A DNA stretch of 44,755 nucleotides from Candidatus Thalassarchaeaceae archaeon (lineage in GTDB: Archaea > Thermoplasmatota > Poseidoniia > Poseidoniales > Thalassarchaeaceae). Made by a program: the position numbers and the translations under genes. The notes beneath the pieces are model-generated. The model was not told the origin of the DNA, searched no databases, and worked only from the letters and a program-made list of their open reading frames with translations. Every line of letters starts with the position of its first letter. The first letter of the stretch is position 1. The DNA is taken from the NCBI GenBank assembly GCA_029250665.1, contig JAQXEV010000006.1:1-44755 (forward strand), given 5' to 3'. Shown in pieces: positions 8,433 through 18,551 of the stretch.

Positions 8433-9998
8433 ATGGCGCGGATTATCACAGACGCTTCTGGTCAACGATACCAACTCGATGAACCGGTCCCCTTGAGCCC
8501 TGCTCCTGAGAACATTCGATTGGCAACCGAGAGCAAGCCTTGGAATAATTATTGGAGAATGCTCGGAACGGTGATGTTGGCTTTCCTTATTGTTCAATTT
8601 GGCTTTGCTTCCTTGATTGAGGGGGCACTCTCCGGAATCTCCCTCATCTCAGTAATAGGTGCAATCTGCTCCCTTGCTCCAATCCCCCTCCTATTGCTGC
8701 TTCACAAACCAAAATTGGTTCATGTCAGGTTGGCGGTTCCCGATGTAAAGGGTAAGCGCCACCATCCATTGCCCGAGGGCGGTTCGCTGCGGACTGTAAC
8801 CCCTACTCGTTTCAAGAGATTCTTGACTGCGGATGATTCCGTGTTGGACTTGCCTCCTCCTTGGCAAGTTTGGTTGGTTTTCTCAATCACTGTTGCGACG
8901 AGCGCATTTGTGACTCTATTCGCTCTCAGCGAGTCGACTGAATGGCTGTACATCCTGTTGTTTATTTTGCTTGCAATCCCTCTATGGATAATGGGGTTCT
9001 CGATTCCAGTTTTCGCTTGGTGGGCAACCTCGTCGAAATGGATTGGATTACCTACGAGGCGTCGGGATGCCGAAGCTTGGTTAATCGCAGGTATGGCTTC
9101 GGCATTCCCAGCTATGGTGATTAATACCTGGATTTTCCCCGGTATTCTTCCTTCTTCTTTGCCTAGCGCAGCGGCTGAGTTCCTCTTGTTGGTATTAAGC
9201 GCCCCACTCGGAGAAGAATTGTGGAAATTGGTCGCAGTCCTCTTATTCCTGCCTTCGATTAAGAGCCCACGTCATGGTTTACAAATCGGTTTTACCGTAG
9301 GTTTGGGTTTCGCCCTCATCGAGAATATGACGTATATCCTGATGGGCGCCTTTGAAGGTTCTCTAAGTCTCGGTTTCACGACTTTAATCCGAGGAATTGG
9401 TTCGATTCCCGGACACGCACTGTGGACTGGGGTTAGTGGATTCGCAGTCGGTTGTTTGGTCGAGGACTACGATATGGACAAAAGAATCCGCTGGCTAATG
9501 CGGCGATTAACGAGTGATGCAGTTGATGCTGTGGAGAATCTCGGCATCGATGTTGATGGTGATGGGGATCATTCTGGATACGATCAACCTCGAGAGAGTT
9601 TGGCAGAATTATTGGCTGAAGTCGATTCATCTACCTCCTCGTGGCTGCTAATTGATTCGAAAACTGGTGAGACGCGTGACGCCGACGGCGTCGAGATGCC
9701 TCAAGATATTCTCACAGACCTTGTGACCTCGTCAGAGGCTGCTCGCTATCGATCCGAGGATGGGATTCAGATTCTTCCTCCTCGTAATATCTTGCAGGCT
9801 TACGGGCTCGCAGTGATTGGTCATGCGATATGGAATGGAACCTCATACCTGTCATTTTTGATTCCTGAATGGATTGGATTGGGTGAAATCGGTGTCCTCA
9901 TCTGTATGTTTGGCTGGACTGCGGTTCTTATCGCAGCTGTCCTTTGGTTAACGCGTCGAGTACTGAGTACAGTGCGCCGAATGCCCACTTTGGTTTGA
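8433..9998 (+). CDS. PrsW-family intramembrane metalloprotease
   Basis: APLGEELWK, GLGFALIEN, GHALWTG and GHAIWN motifs; multiple TMs; GGTGA SD upstream of ATG 8433 (ORF is open from 8379). Confidence 0.88.
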   Translation: MARIITDASGQRYQLDEPVPLSPAPENIRLATESKPWNNYWRMLGTVMLAFLIVQFGFASLIEGALSGISLISVIGAICSLAPIPLLLLLHKPKLVHVRLAVPDVKGKRHHPLPEGGSLRTVTPTRFKRFLTADDSVLDLPPPWQVWLVFSITVATSAFVTLFALSESTEWLYILLFILLAIPLWIMGFSIPVFAWWATSSKWIGLPTRRRDAEAWLIAGMASAFPAMVINTWIFPGILPSSLPSAAAEFLLLVLSAPLGEELWKLVAVLLFLPSIKSPRHGLQIGFTVGLGFALIENMTYILMGAFEGSLSLGFTTLIRGIGSIPGHALWTGVSGFAVGCLVEDYDMDKRIRWLMRRLTSDAVDAVENLGIDVDGDGDHSGYDQPRESLAELLAEVDSSTSSWLLIDSKTGETRDADGVEMPQDILTDLVTSSEAARYRSEDGIQILPPRNILQAYGLAVIGHAIWNGTSYLSFLIPEWIGLGEIGVLICMFGWTAVLIAAVLWLTRRVLSTVRRMPTLV

Positions 9999-10053
9999 TA
10001 GTCACAGGGAATCCTTCATCATCCGAAGGCGACGGAGAAGGTTGAGGGTTATC

Positions 10054-10791
10054 GTGGAACTCAGCTCCGACCAGATGGTTTCAATCGGTTTAGTCACCGG
10101 GATGATACTGATTTCCGGTCTTCGAGGGATGCTTAATCGGAGTGGTTTGGTCGCTGCGTCGACAGTCGGGTTTTCGGTCTCTTTACTCGGCCATTGGACC
10201 TGGCTGACTATTCTCATCCTCTTCCTCGTCATTGGTTCTTTGGCGACGTTGTGGCGCTACGATGAGAAGGCGGCCTTACGCTTAGCCGAGGACAACAAGG
10301 GGGTTAGAGGTTGGAGGAATGTGATGGCCAATGGTGGAGTTGCGTCGATTATCGCCATCGCTAATTATGCTCTTGACCAGCCCGATTGGGCTTACCTAGC
10401 TGCTGCCGCTTCAATATCCGTTGCTGCCGCAGATACGCTTGCTTCTGAGATCGGTAGCCTCGACCCTCGGACTCGCAGCATTATCAATCTCGAAGCCGTC
10501 CCGGCCGGCACCAACGGAGGAATGTCCGTGACGGGCTCTTTCGCAGCCCTTGCAGGAGGGCTACTCATGGCATTCATGGCAGTCTCACTGTCTTCTGTAG
10601 CAGGATCAACGATTCCACTGATGACTCTCTTCATAGTTGTGACAATAATTGGTTGGCTAGGCTGTCAAGTCGATTCGATTCTGGGTGCTGTATTCGAGAA
10701 TAAGGGAATCATCGGTAAGCACACTGTGAACTTCCTCGCCACGCTCTCTGGAGCCTTGATGGCAATTATCGTTCATTCACGCTTCCTCTAA
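10054..10791 (+). CDS. DUF92 / TMEM19 family integral membrane protein
   Basis: RGWRNVMANG, AADTLASEIG, PAGTNGGMSVTGS, DSILGA, VNFLAT. Start uncertain (10042, 10054 or 10075). Confidence 0.9.
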   Translation: MELSSDQMVSIGLVTGMILISGLRGMLNRSGLVAASTVGFSVSLLGHWTWLTILILFLVIGSLATLWRYDEKAALRLAEDNKGVRGWRNVMANGGVASIIAIANYALDQPDWAYLAAAASISVAAADTLASEIGSLDPRTRSIINLEAVPAGTNGGMSVTGSFAALAGGLLMAFMAVSLSSVAGSTIPLMTLFIVVTIIGWLGCQVDSILGAVFENKGIIGKHTVNFLATLSGALMAIIVHSRFL

Positions 10792-10895
10792 GGAGGAAGC
10801 GAATTCTAATCCCTCTTGGAATCGTTTTCATCGAACACGAGTAAGCGCGGGGTTTGAATGCCGGTCGGCAGGGCGTTGAGTTGAGAGAGATAGCC

Positions 10896-13220
10896 ATGCC
10901 GAGGCCGCGGATTCTGACAGTAGTGGTGATTCTGCTACTCCTAGGGACTTTGGCGTCGAGCAGTACTTCTGCTCAAAGTGGAGAGGAATACGGCCCCGGA
11001 CTTGACCTTGAACTGCCACAATCTCACAATATTTTCCTCCACGGGACCGAAGAGACTCCTGAGTTACGGCGCGATTGGCCAATACTCACTGGAATCCCTG
11101 GTGGTTCAGCGAGTTTCTCGAAAACGGTCGGCGCACCTCAGACGCTGCTCGACGTTGAAGGCGCGCCGATTGAGGAGGCGTTTTCCCTCAACGGAACAGT
11201 CACCGTCGATCTCTATGCTTCCCTCGAAGCGAAATCGCCGGTTTGTAGGCAGACCAATGTAATTCCAGGCTCTCCAGCAGGAGCGACGACGGTTTTCTTT
11301 GTTACCTTGCAGTGGGGGTCATACACCATTTTGAATGGGGTTACAACGAATGATTTGACGATGGAGGAATCATACACTCAGTCTCATCTTTTCCAAGTCG
11401 AGGTTCCTATCGAGGATATCAGCCTTGGTCCGGGGGATGTGCTCTCTCTCCAAGTTTCCGTTCAACACGACTGCGTTCAACCGGGGTCACTCTGGTGGGG
11501 GACGTATGATGCTCGGAGTGGAATCACTTTCACCGGTGACCTAATTGATCCACAAATGAATCAAGTCACCGACTCCAATAGGATCACAAGAATCGAATTC
11601 ACCCCAATTTCACCCTGGGGTTCCGACGACTTCTCAGATCAGGTCATCGAGGTCGTCGGACCGATGGATGATTACGAATCGATGGTACATGGATTCGGTC
11701 AGGAGGATGAGCGTCTCGAGCACTTCGAGGCGCCACATTCATTCAGAGTGGGCGAGGCTAATCGGACAGTTCTAACTTGGTCGACATCGAATCCATTGCA
11801 ACCGGGATTGTACATGATTGATGCTTGCTTTACTCTACAGGACCAGGACCCGGCTGAACCATGCGATGTTGTAGCGGTACTGAAATTCGAGGTCGAGAAA
11901 GATCCCGGGGCTCTGCTAAGTGGTACTTGGGTTGCTGTGATGATTCCACTCGGAGTCATCGCTTGGTTGGGTGCCTCGATGCGTGAGGCAATGCTGCCGA
12001 TGCCGGCCTATGCAGTAATCCTCGTTCTTGCACTTGCCAGTATCGGACCAGCGATTTATTTGCCTGATATCGATGCAAATGCCTCGCGGGACGACGGCGC
12101 TGCGCCTTCCTTCACTTTGCTCGAACACGGTGGCGACGGCTCGATTTCACTCTCGGATTTACTCTCAGATTCTGACGCTGTGGTCGTTGGGATGTATGTG
12201 CCTGGGTCGGCCAATGCAATTCGTCAAGCCAATGACTTCCAGATGGCCGAAGCCTTGATCGACAGCGACGTTACTTTCGTTCAAATTGCGACTGGAAAAG
12301 GGGTCAGAGCTGTCGATTTGGATTCTCACTCGGTCATTATCAATGGTTCTTGGCCGCTATTGATGGACAAGTCCGATTCAAGCATAGGACTGGCCTTCCC
12401 CAGCGGCGCCAGCGACGCTGTAATCATCATCGATGCCGCTGGCTTCGTTACTGATTGGAATCCGGGAACTTACTCCAGTTCCGAGATCGCCGATGCGGTC
12501 GAGGATGCTAGCAAGGGTTCTGGGCACAGTTTCCTCGATCCGCTGACTTTGCTTTGGGGAACCGCGCTACTACCAATATTCATCCTCGCGATGCCCCGCG
12601 AAAGTCGCTATGAGGAGCCGGACGAAGTTCTGTTACCCGGTTCTGGAGTTCTCCTAACTCTGCTGGGTGCTGGATTTGGATTCGCGATTTGGGCTGTGCC
12701 TATTTCTCTCATGGCGGTCGCTGGACTCGGTTCAATTTGGATTTGGATTGAAGTTGGCCTTGCATCGCTACTTACCTATCACGGTGTCAGAACGCTGACT
12801 AATGGAAGAATTCCAGAGGTCGATTGGATTGCTGGAAAGATGCATTCTATGCTGCCGCAGGCCTACCGTGAATGGAGAACAACGTCTTCATTTAGCGATG
12901 ATGTCCATCTCGGAATTTGGCTTGCTTGGTTGATTTGGTTACGCACACCTGACATGGTTGCTCAGGGGGTTGGCTCGGTCGCCCGTACAGGCGGCTTTGG
13001 GGTGATTTTGGCTTTGGCGATGTTGGGGGGACTAACTCTCACCGCGGGCCTTGCGGTCGTTCTCTCGCGTGGCATAATCGGCGTTACAGGCCCGATTCCT
13101 CGTACTCTGGGTAGTCTCAGCGTTGGTATCCGTCCGAGAGCTTGGGGTTTGGCCAGTGCCATGCTTGGGGCTTGGTTACTAGTGAGCCTAATCGTTGGAC
13201 CTTTGATTGGTTCACTATGA
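10896..13220 (+). CDS. Multidomain membrane protein: secreted beta-rich domain, 2 TM, AhpC/TSA-thioredoxin-like domain without CxxC, C-terminal multi-TM domain
   Basis: Signal peptide; APSFTLL...ISLSDLL...VVVGMYVPGSANA and VIIIDAAGFV resemble a redoxin fold; ~6 C-terminal TM helices. Confidence 0.7.
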   Translation: MPRPRILTVVVILLLLGTLASSSTSAQSGEEYGPGLDLELPQSHNIFLHGTEETPELRRDWPILTGIPGGSASFSKTVGAPQTLLDVEGAPIEEAFSLNGTVTVDLYASLEAKSPVCRQTNVIPGSPAGATTVFFVTLQWGSYTILNGVTTNDLTMEESYTQSHLFQVEVPIEDISLGPGDVLSLQVSVQHDCVQPGSLWWGTYDARSGITFTGDLIDPQMNQVTDSNRITRIEFTPISPWGSDDFSDQVIEVVGPMDDYESMVHGFGQEDERLEHFEAPHSFRVGEANRTVLTWSTSNPLQPGLYMIDACFTLQDQDPAEPCDVVAVLKFEVEKDPGALLSGTWVAVMIPLGVIAWLGASMREAMLPMPAYAVILVLALASIGPAIYLPDIDANASRDDGAAPSFTLLEHGGDGSISLSDLLSDSDAVVVGMYVPGSANAIRQANDFQMAEALIDSDVTFVQIATGKGVRAVDLDSHSVIINGSWPLLMDKSDSSIGLAFPSGASDAVIIIDAAGFVTDWNPGTYSSSEIADAVEDASKGSGHSFLDPLTLLWGTALLPIFILAMPRESRYEEPDEVLLPGSGVLLTLLGAGFGFAIWAVPISLMAVAGLGSIWIWIEVGLASLLTYHGVRTLTNGRIPEVDWIAGKMHSMLPQAYREWRTTSSFSDDVHLGIWLAWLIWLRTPDMVAQGVGSVARTGGFGVILALAMLGGLTLTAGLAVVLSRGIIGVTGPIPRTLGSLSVGIRPRAWGLASAMLGAWLLVSLIVGPLIGSL

Positions 13221-13342
13221 GTCCAATCATTGGTAAGTTGCTCAGTTCAATTTGATAGATACCCGACAAGGTCATGTAAGGTTTTGACACTATTCAACCG
13301 TGAGCATCATAAGAGTGGGGCCGCTCGTCGATTCACTCCCTT

Positions 13343-13531
13343 GGGGGTATAGTATAACCTGGTAGTACCGCGGGCTCCAGTTGCACGGGAATGACGACGA
13401 GTGGGTAATCTGATGGTTTTGATGACCAACTGGAGCACCGACCCATCGCAAACCGAGAGCGTGCATCTACTAGGTGCACGCTAGGCGGAAGATACCCGCT
13501 GATCTGGGTTCAAATCCCAGTGCCCCCACCA
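13343..13531 (+). tRNA. trnW: tRNA-Trp(CCA) with intron at 37/38 and encoded CCA end
   Basis: Acceptor stem GGGGGTA/TGCCCCC followed by ACCA; anticodon stem GCGGG/CCCGC with CCA at 13377-13379; T-arm CTGGG-TTCAAAT-CCCAG; intron 13381-13493. Confidence 0.96.
13381..13493 (+). ncRNA. tRNA-Trp intron-encoded box C/D guide sRNA (Cm34 and Cm39 guides)
   Basis: C box ATGACGA 13391-13397, D' CTGA 13410-13413, C' TGATGA 13420-13425, D CCGA 13438-13441; both guides are complementary to the host pre-tRNA and obey the D+5 rule. Confidence 0.9.
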
Positions 13532-13575
13532 AATCTAATTGAACGAGAGTAATCTTAGATTTTGTGATTTTGTTT
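13531..13575 (+). terminator. Candidate terminator after tRNA-Trp
   Basis: AAATCTAA/TTAGATTT inverted repeat followed by T-rich TTTTGTGATTTTGTTT. Confidence 0.4.
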
Positions 13576-13627
13576 CAATCTCGCGTATAGGTTGGATTGA
13601 AGGAGTACCGCTGTGCGGCGTTGACTG

Positions 13628-15751
13628 ATGAATAGCAGGTCGGTGGCAGTCGCGCTCGTGCTTCTGCTGATGTCGCCATTGGCTGGCAGTATCGCAGCAA
13701 CGAGCGCTGAAGAGAGTCTGGAGCCACTCGATGCTAAGGGCTTGCAGATGATTGAGGTAGGTCATACCATCGATGTTCCTAACCAAGCTCCAATCTGGTG
13801 GGATACCAGCCTCCAGTGGTGGGAATACACAACACTCGACTCCGACCGAAATGGCATCCACGATTCTCTTCAGAGCGCGGCTGGTCCGGTCAATGTTGGA
13901 ATCTCTTACGCGCGTGAGGTGACTCAAGCCGACCGCGATACCCTCGAGCAACTCGGATACGAAATCAATCTTGAACTAACTCTCGTCGACGCAGTTCTTC
14001 TGGGAGATGTTGACGCCTCACAAGTCTGGCAACTTGCCGAAATCGAAGGTGTTGTCATGGTTGAGCGATATGGATCATTGATCTTTTATGGCGATGTTCA
14101 GACTCCTGCAGTCAAGGCGAAAAACTCGACAGAATATCCTCTTGGTGCCTGGGACTTCGGAGTCACTGGTAAAGGTGTCAACATCGCCATGGTCGATACC
14201 GGTGTTGACAATGAACACCCTGGTCTAGACGGAAAATTCGTTGCCGGCTACGATGCTGTCTGCTACATGCACTCGGACCCACAATGCGTTCTCGCCGGCG
14301 GTCGTCAAGACGATGGTTCATTCGACCCAGACGATGGTAACCAACACGGCACTGCCTGCATGGGAATGGCTAGCGCTACTGGAATTGAAGCCGATGGTTC
14401 GCAGTCCGATTTCTATGGCTCCGCTCCCGATGCAGGCCTTGTAGATGTCCGAATCGGCACAGATGTCGGAGCCGGACCATTCGAGAATTACCTCCTCGAA
14501 CAGGAATTCTACGAATCAGCCATGAATGGCCTCCAGTGGATTATTGACCATCGCGACGATGCCTGGGTGGGTGTAGACGAAGCTAGCCACGGCATCGATA
14601 TCATCTCTCTTTCATGGGGCATAACCAGCCACGAGAACGGAGGTTCAGATGGCAACGATATGCACAGTAGAATCCTCGATGAGGCGATGGAATTGGGTGT
14701 GGTGGTTTCGAATGCTGCCGGCAATGACGGTGAAGATAACGATGGTCTTTCGGGAATGAGCGCATCTTCGCTTTCGATTACTGTTGCTGCCACAGATGAC
14801 CAGAACACAGTAAACCGCTCAGACGACACAATCGCTGGTTACTCCTCACGCGGGCCACGCAAGGACAACGGCGACGGTAATCCAGTCAACGAATTGGTTC
14901 CCGAGATCAGCGCACCCGGCTCGAATATCATTCAAGCCGAAGGATGCGTGAGTAGTGGTGGTTGCAATAATTTCCTCGGAGCCGATGCCTCTGACAATAC
15001 CTACACAGGGCGTGGTAGTGGCACTTCCTACGCCACACCCGCGGTGAGTGGAGTGATTGCATTGGTCATCGAAGCCAATGAGAATCTCACTCCGCTGCAA
15101 ATCAAAGAGATCCTCAAGCATACTTCCGAACTTCGTGGTGAGCCGAGTGCTCCCGAAGTCGATCCCTATTGGAATCGAGACTTCGGCTATGGCATGGTAG
15201 ATGCACGCGCAGCAGTTGACCTCGCGTTATTCCTACGCGATTCAGACCAGTCTCCACTCATCGACCCAAGCCTGCAGAGTCACAGCCTCAACCTGACCAT
15301 TGGTGATGTGATCAATATCACCGGCCACGCATGGGGTCAAGCAGGAAGCATTGATCGGGTCGAGTACAGAGTCGATGGAGGTGAGTGGATGGAAACGACC
15401 TACTCCGCTACACCCAGCGAGGTCGGCGCTCTCACTCCATTCCTTTGGCACGTTCTCCTGAACCCAGCAAAACTTGCATCAGGTGAACACACGGTAGAGG
15501 TTCATGCGGTAGCAGGAGCGATGCACTCACTCCCAGTCTTCTTCGAAGTAACGGGAAGTGGCTCGGCGGAATCAGCGATGGGCATCCCGCCTATAGCAAT
15601 CGGCGCGGTAGCTCTCGTCGGTCTCTTTTGGCTCGCTTCTCTTGTTCTTATCCGCTATCGCTCAGACGATGAGATTGAGGCGATAATCGATAATGTTCGT
15701 ACCACCCGCGACGAAATCGACGAAGTCGTCGAGGCAGAGCTGCTCGAATGA
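13628..15751 (+). CDS. Secreted, C-terminally membrane-anchored S8 (subtilisin-like) serine peptidase
   Basis: Signal peptide; catalytic motifs VDTG, HGT, GTSYATP; oxyanion motif AAGN; Ig-like domain (VEYRVDGGEW); C-terminal TM with acidic tail. Confidence 0.93.
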   Translation: MNSRSVAVALVLLLMSPLAGSIAATSAEESLEPLDAKGLQMIEVGHTIDVPNQAPIWWDTSLQWWEYTTLDSDRNGIHDSLQSAAGPVNVGISYAREVTQADRDTLEQLGYEINLELTLVDAVLLGDVDASQVWQLAEIEGVVMVERYGSLIFYGDVQTPAVKAKNSTEYPLGAWDFGVTGKGVNIAMVDTGVDNEHPGLDGKFVAGYDAVCYMHSDPQCVLAGGRQDDGSFDPDDGNQHGTACMGMASATGIEADGSQSDFYGSAPDAGLVDVRIGTDVGAGPFENYLLEQEFYESAMNGLQWIIDHRDDAWVGVDEASHGIDIISLSWGITSHENGGSDGNDMHSRILDEAMELGVVVSNAAGNDGEDNDGLSGMSASSLSITVAATDDQNTVNRSDDTIAGYSSRGPRKDNGDGNPVNELVPEISAPGSNIIQAEGCVSSGGCNNFLGADASDNTYTGRGSGTSYATPAVSGVIALVIEANENLTPLQIKEILKHTSELRGEPSAPEVDPYWNRDFGYGMVDARAAVDLALFLRDSDQSPLIDPSLQSHSLNLTIGDVINITGHAWGQAGSIDRVEYRVDGGEWMETTYSATPSEVGALTPFLWHVLLNPAKLASGEHTVEVHAVAGAMHSLPVFFEVTGSGSAESAMGIPPIAIGAVALVGLFWLASLVLIRYRSDDEIEAIIDNVRTTRDEIDEVVEAELLE

Positions 15752-15878
15752 GATAATCTCTCGAAGATTTCAGAACCTCGCAACTCTAGTGATTTTGGAC
15801 CAAGAAATGCCTCCTAGGCAGCGAATCCGAAGGATTAGAGGGTGTGCCTTCAAATGCTCATTGAGTCGTCCGTAGGTC

Positions 15879-17027
15879 GTGGTGCGGTTTTCGGAACGAG
15901 CGAACAGCATCCGTCCTACGGGAGTTAGGCGGATGTTCGACATGGCTGGCGATGACGCTGTCCAGTTTGGTTTGGGGGAACCTGATTTCCAACCTCCTGA
16001 CCTCGCTATCGAGGCTTTCACTCAAGCGATGAAGGAAGGTCGCAACAAGTACACTACCACAGCAGGCCTTCCTCCGCTGCGACAAAAGATCGCAGAGACA
16101 TGGCATCATAGAATCCCGACACTAGACGAAAACAATGTCTGCATGACCATGAGCGGTACGAATGCGTTACTCGATATTTTCCTCGCTCTCGTTGACCCTG
16201 GTGACGAGGTTCTTCTGCCAGAACCGTATTTCCCACTCTATCCAACTGACGTGGTAATCTGTGGAGGACAACCCGTTCTCTACCAGTGCCTCTTCGACAA
16301 TGGATTTGTTCCTACAATTGCTGACCTTGAATCGAGGCTGACTGAGAAAACGGTCGCGATTCTGTACAATTTCCCAAGTAATCCAACCGGAGGAAATGTG
16401 ACTCCAGAACAGCGCGATGAGTTGATTGAGTTCGCACGCGCGAATGATTTGTGGGTTATCACTGACGAAGTCTACGATCGCATCGTTTACGATTCCGAAC
16501 ATGTCTCCTTCTTGGGTGCGGGTTATGACAAAGTCATCATGATCAATTCATTTTCCAAGACCTTCGCCATGACCGGCTGGAGGATTGGCTACATTCTCTC
16601 GCCCGACCCCGAAGCGATGAGTCATATCACCAAGATGCAGTATTATGTTACTGCGTGTAGCAATGATGCGATGCAATACGCTGTTCTCGAGGCCTTGGAA
16701 AAGGCCTCGGACTACCCGGCGATGATGCGTGATGAATTCAAGGAGCGCCGGGATTTGATTTGTGCTCGCTTGAATGCTATGCCTGGAGTATCTTGTCACA
16801 TTCCAACAGGCGCGTTCTACGTCTTTCCGAAAATCGATGTGCCGGGGATGAATAGTGAAGAGATTGCAATGGCTTTGCTCGATGGAGGAGTTCTCTGTAG
16901 TCCAGGTTCCGCCTTCGGCGAGGCCGGTGAAGGGCACCTCAGATTCGCTTACACCATCGGTCGTGAGGGCATCTCGCGCGGCATGGACCGCGTCGAGAAG
17001 GTCCTCGCCGAATTGCGCGGCGATTGA
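15879..17027 (+). CDS. Class I/II PLP-dependent aminotransferase (aspartate/aromatic aminotransferase-like)
   Basis: GEPDF, NFPSNPTG, DEVY, SFSKTFAMTGWRIGY, GAFY, PGSAFG. Confidence 0.93.
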   Translation: MVRFSERANSIRPTGVRRMFDMAGDDAVQFGLGEPDFQPPDLAIEAFTQAMKEGRNKYTTTAGLPPLRQKIAETWHHRIPTLDENNVCMTMSGTNALLDIFLALVDPGDEVLLPEPYFPLYPTDVVICGGQPVLYQCLFDNGFVPTIADLESRLTEKTVAILYNFPSNPTGGNVTPEQRDELIEFARANDLWVITDEVYDRIVYDSEHVSFLGAGYDKVIMINSFSKTFAMTGWRIGYILSPDPEAMSHITKMQYYVTACSNDAMQYAVLEALEKASDYPAMMRDEFKERRDLICARLNAMPGVSCHIPTGAFYVFPKIDVPGMNSEEIAMALLDGGVLCSPGSAFGEAGEGHLRFAYTIGREGISRGMDRVEKVLAELRGD

Positions 17028-17039
17028 GGGGGCGACGGA

Positions 17040-17258
17040 GTGTCTGGTGCAGCCACATTGGGTGCCTTCGTGCTGGGATTAGCATTGTTCACCATCTGTG
17101 CTCGGAGAATTGAACCTAGAATCTCTGGAGTATTCCTCATTCTAGCCGCAGTCGGACTTTTCATGATCGGCCCAAACCCATTCCTCTTCGGAATGTTTCT
17201 TGCGACTGGTTGGGCCGTATTGAATCACGGCGTCGAGAATATATTTCCTGTAAGGTGA
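17040..17258 (+). CDS. Small hypothetical membrane protein (~3 TM)
   Basis: 72 aa hydrophobic ORF filling the gap after the aminotransferase; GAGGGGG upstream of the GTG start. Confidence 0.6.
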   Translation: MSGAATLGAFVLGLALFTICARRIEPRISGVFLILAAVGLFMIGPNPFLFGMFLATGWAVLNHGVENIFPVR

Positions 17259-17264
17259 TACTTC

Positions 17265-18419
17265 TCAGTCATCAAATAGGCCGAACGGCAGATCAATCAT
17301 TCGGTTGGATTCATCTTCCTCTGCCGAAGCAGAGTCACTCTCTTCCTCGGCTTCTGCACCAGTGGTGCGCTCCCAAGCGCCGAATTCGGCGAGAGGATCC
17401 GAGTCATCACCATCATCACCAACCTCTGGAGTAGCATCTTCTTCCAACAAATTCTGATTCAAATTCTCTATCTTTTCCTCAGGGTCGCGCATCCAATCGG
17501 GCATATCGTGCGCCCCTCCAAGGACGGAGATTGTGGTGAAGACAGCTACAGGAAGTACGGATATCGCGACGAGGAAATCGATTATCGCAACATCAGGAAT
17601 TTGGTCAGCGGGCATTATCGATTTCAACAGCACTGCCTCCAGTTGGACATTATGCCACACCGAGTAGTCCACATCGAGCCAATCGAGGGCGAGTTTGAGC
17701 ATTACACGGGCTACGAACCAGAAGATGATAATCGGTAGAATCCATGAGAATTTTGAGATTCGAGATAGAATTTTGCGAAACCAAGCTGCGATTCCTATCA
17801 GATGCCTAGAGTAAATTGGCTGGATTCTGAGGCAGAACCAAAGAGCGATGAAATATCCAACCATCCCCAATTCAAAGGCTTGTTCAGGCTCTACAAATCG
17901 CTCGGGAATACCTTCCATTATCGCCAGAGGGATAGCAATGAGAGCAACTTGGATTGGTACTGCTAGAATTTGTAGCCCTCCGTGAATTGAAAGAAGGTCA
18001 TATCGCTCCGTTTGACTACTGACTAATCGTGCCATTTGGCCGTAAGGGCTGCGTTGTAAATTGAGCCTTGCTCGGTCGATCAATTCTGGTTGGTTCACTC
18101 TCCTTCGCAGTCCAAGAACAGTCAGCCATCCACCTCGGTCTGCAACACTGGCTGGGGAGTAGGCTCCGGCGATGAGAGCGAGGACCAAGGACAGCATACC
18201 GTATGACAGTCCTGCGATAATAATCCAATCTAAGGCACCTAGATCTATATCGAAGGAGAGTTGGTCACCCCCACTATCAATCGATAGCAGATAGGTCAGA
18301 GAGAAGCCCACGATTGGGGCGACCGTGACCTGCCCGAGAACGATTGTAGCTAGTACGAAGCGCGGCAGGAGAGGCGTTCTATGCCGCGACATTGACTCGT
18401 GGCGAGTCCAAGCGAACAT
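17265..18419 (-). CDS. Hypothetical polytopic membrane protein with acidic C-terminal tail
   Basis: 384 aa, ~6 hydrophobic helices, D/E-rich tail; no family recognised. Confidence 0.75.
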   Translation of the reverse strand: MFAWTRHESMSRHRTPLLPRFVLATIVLGQVTVAPIVGFSLTYLLSIDSGGDQLSFDIDLGALDWIIIAGLSYGMLSLVLALIAGAYSPASVADRGGWLTVLGLRRRVNQPELIDRARLNLQRSPYGQMARLVSSQTERYDLLSIHGGLQILAVPIQVALIAIPLAIMEGIPERFVEPEQAFELGMVGYFIALWFCLRIQPIYSRHLIGIAAWFRKILSRISKFSWILPIIIFWFVARVMLKLALDWLDVDYSVWHNVQLEAVLLKSIMPADQIPDVAIIDFLVAISVLPVAVFTTISVLGGAHDMPDWMRDPEEKIENLNQNLLEEDATPEVGDDGDDSDPLAEFGAWERTTGAEAEEESDSASAEEDESNRMIDLPFGLFDD

Positions 18420-18551
18420 AAGCCCTTCATCGGAGGTGAACTACACAGTGTCAGTTCTCGGGCGGGTATTGTACCAGCCGGAGCCCTTCTTTGAGCCGCC
18501 CGTAGGGCGGCGCACGCATTGACCGAACCTTCATACCCGAATCGATATCGC

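Noticed and set aside
13532-15751. Integrated element at the tRNA-Trp 3' end
   Set aside because: No integrase, no duplicated tRNA 3' end seen in the window, and no evident compositional shift in downstream genes.
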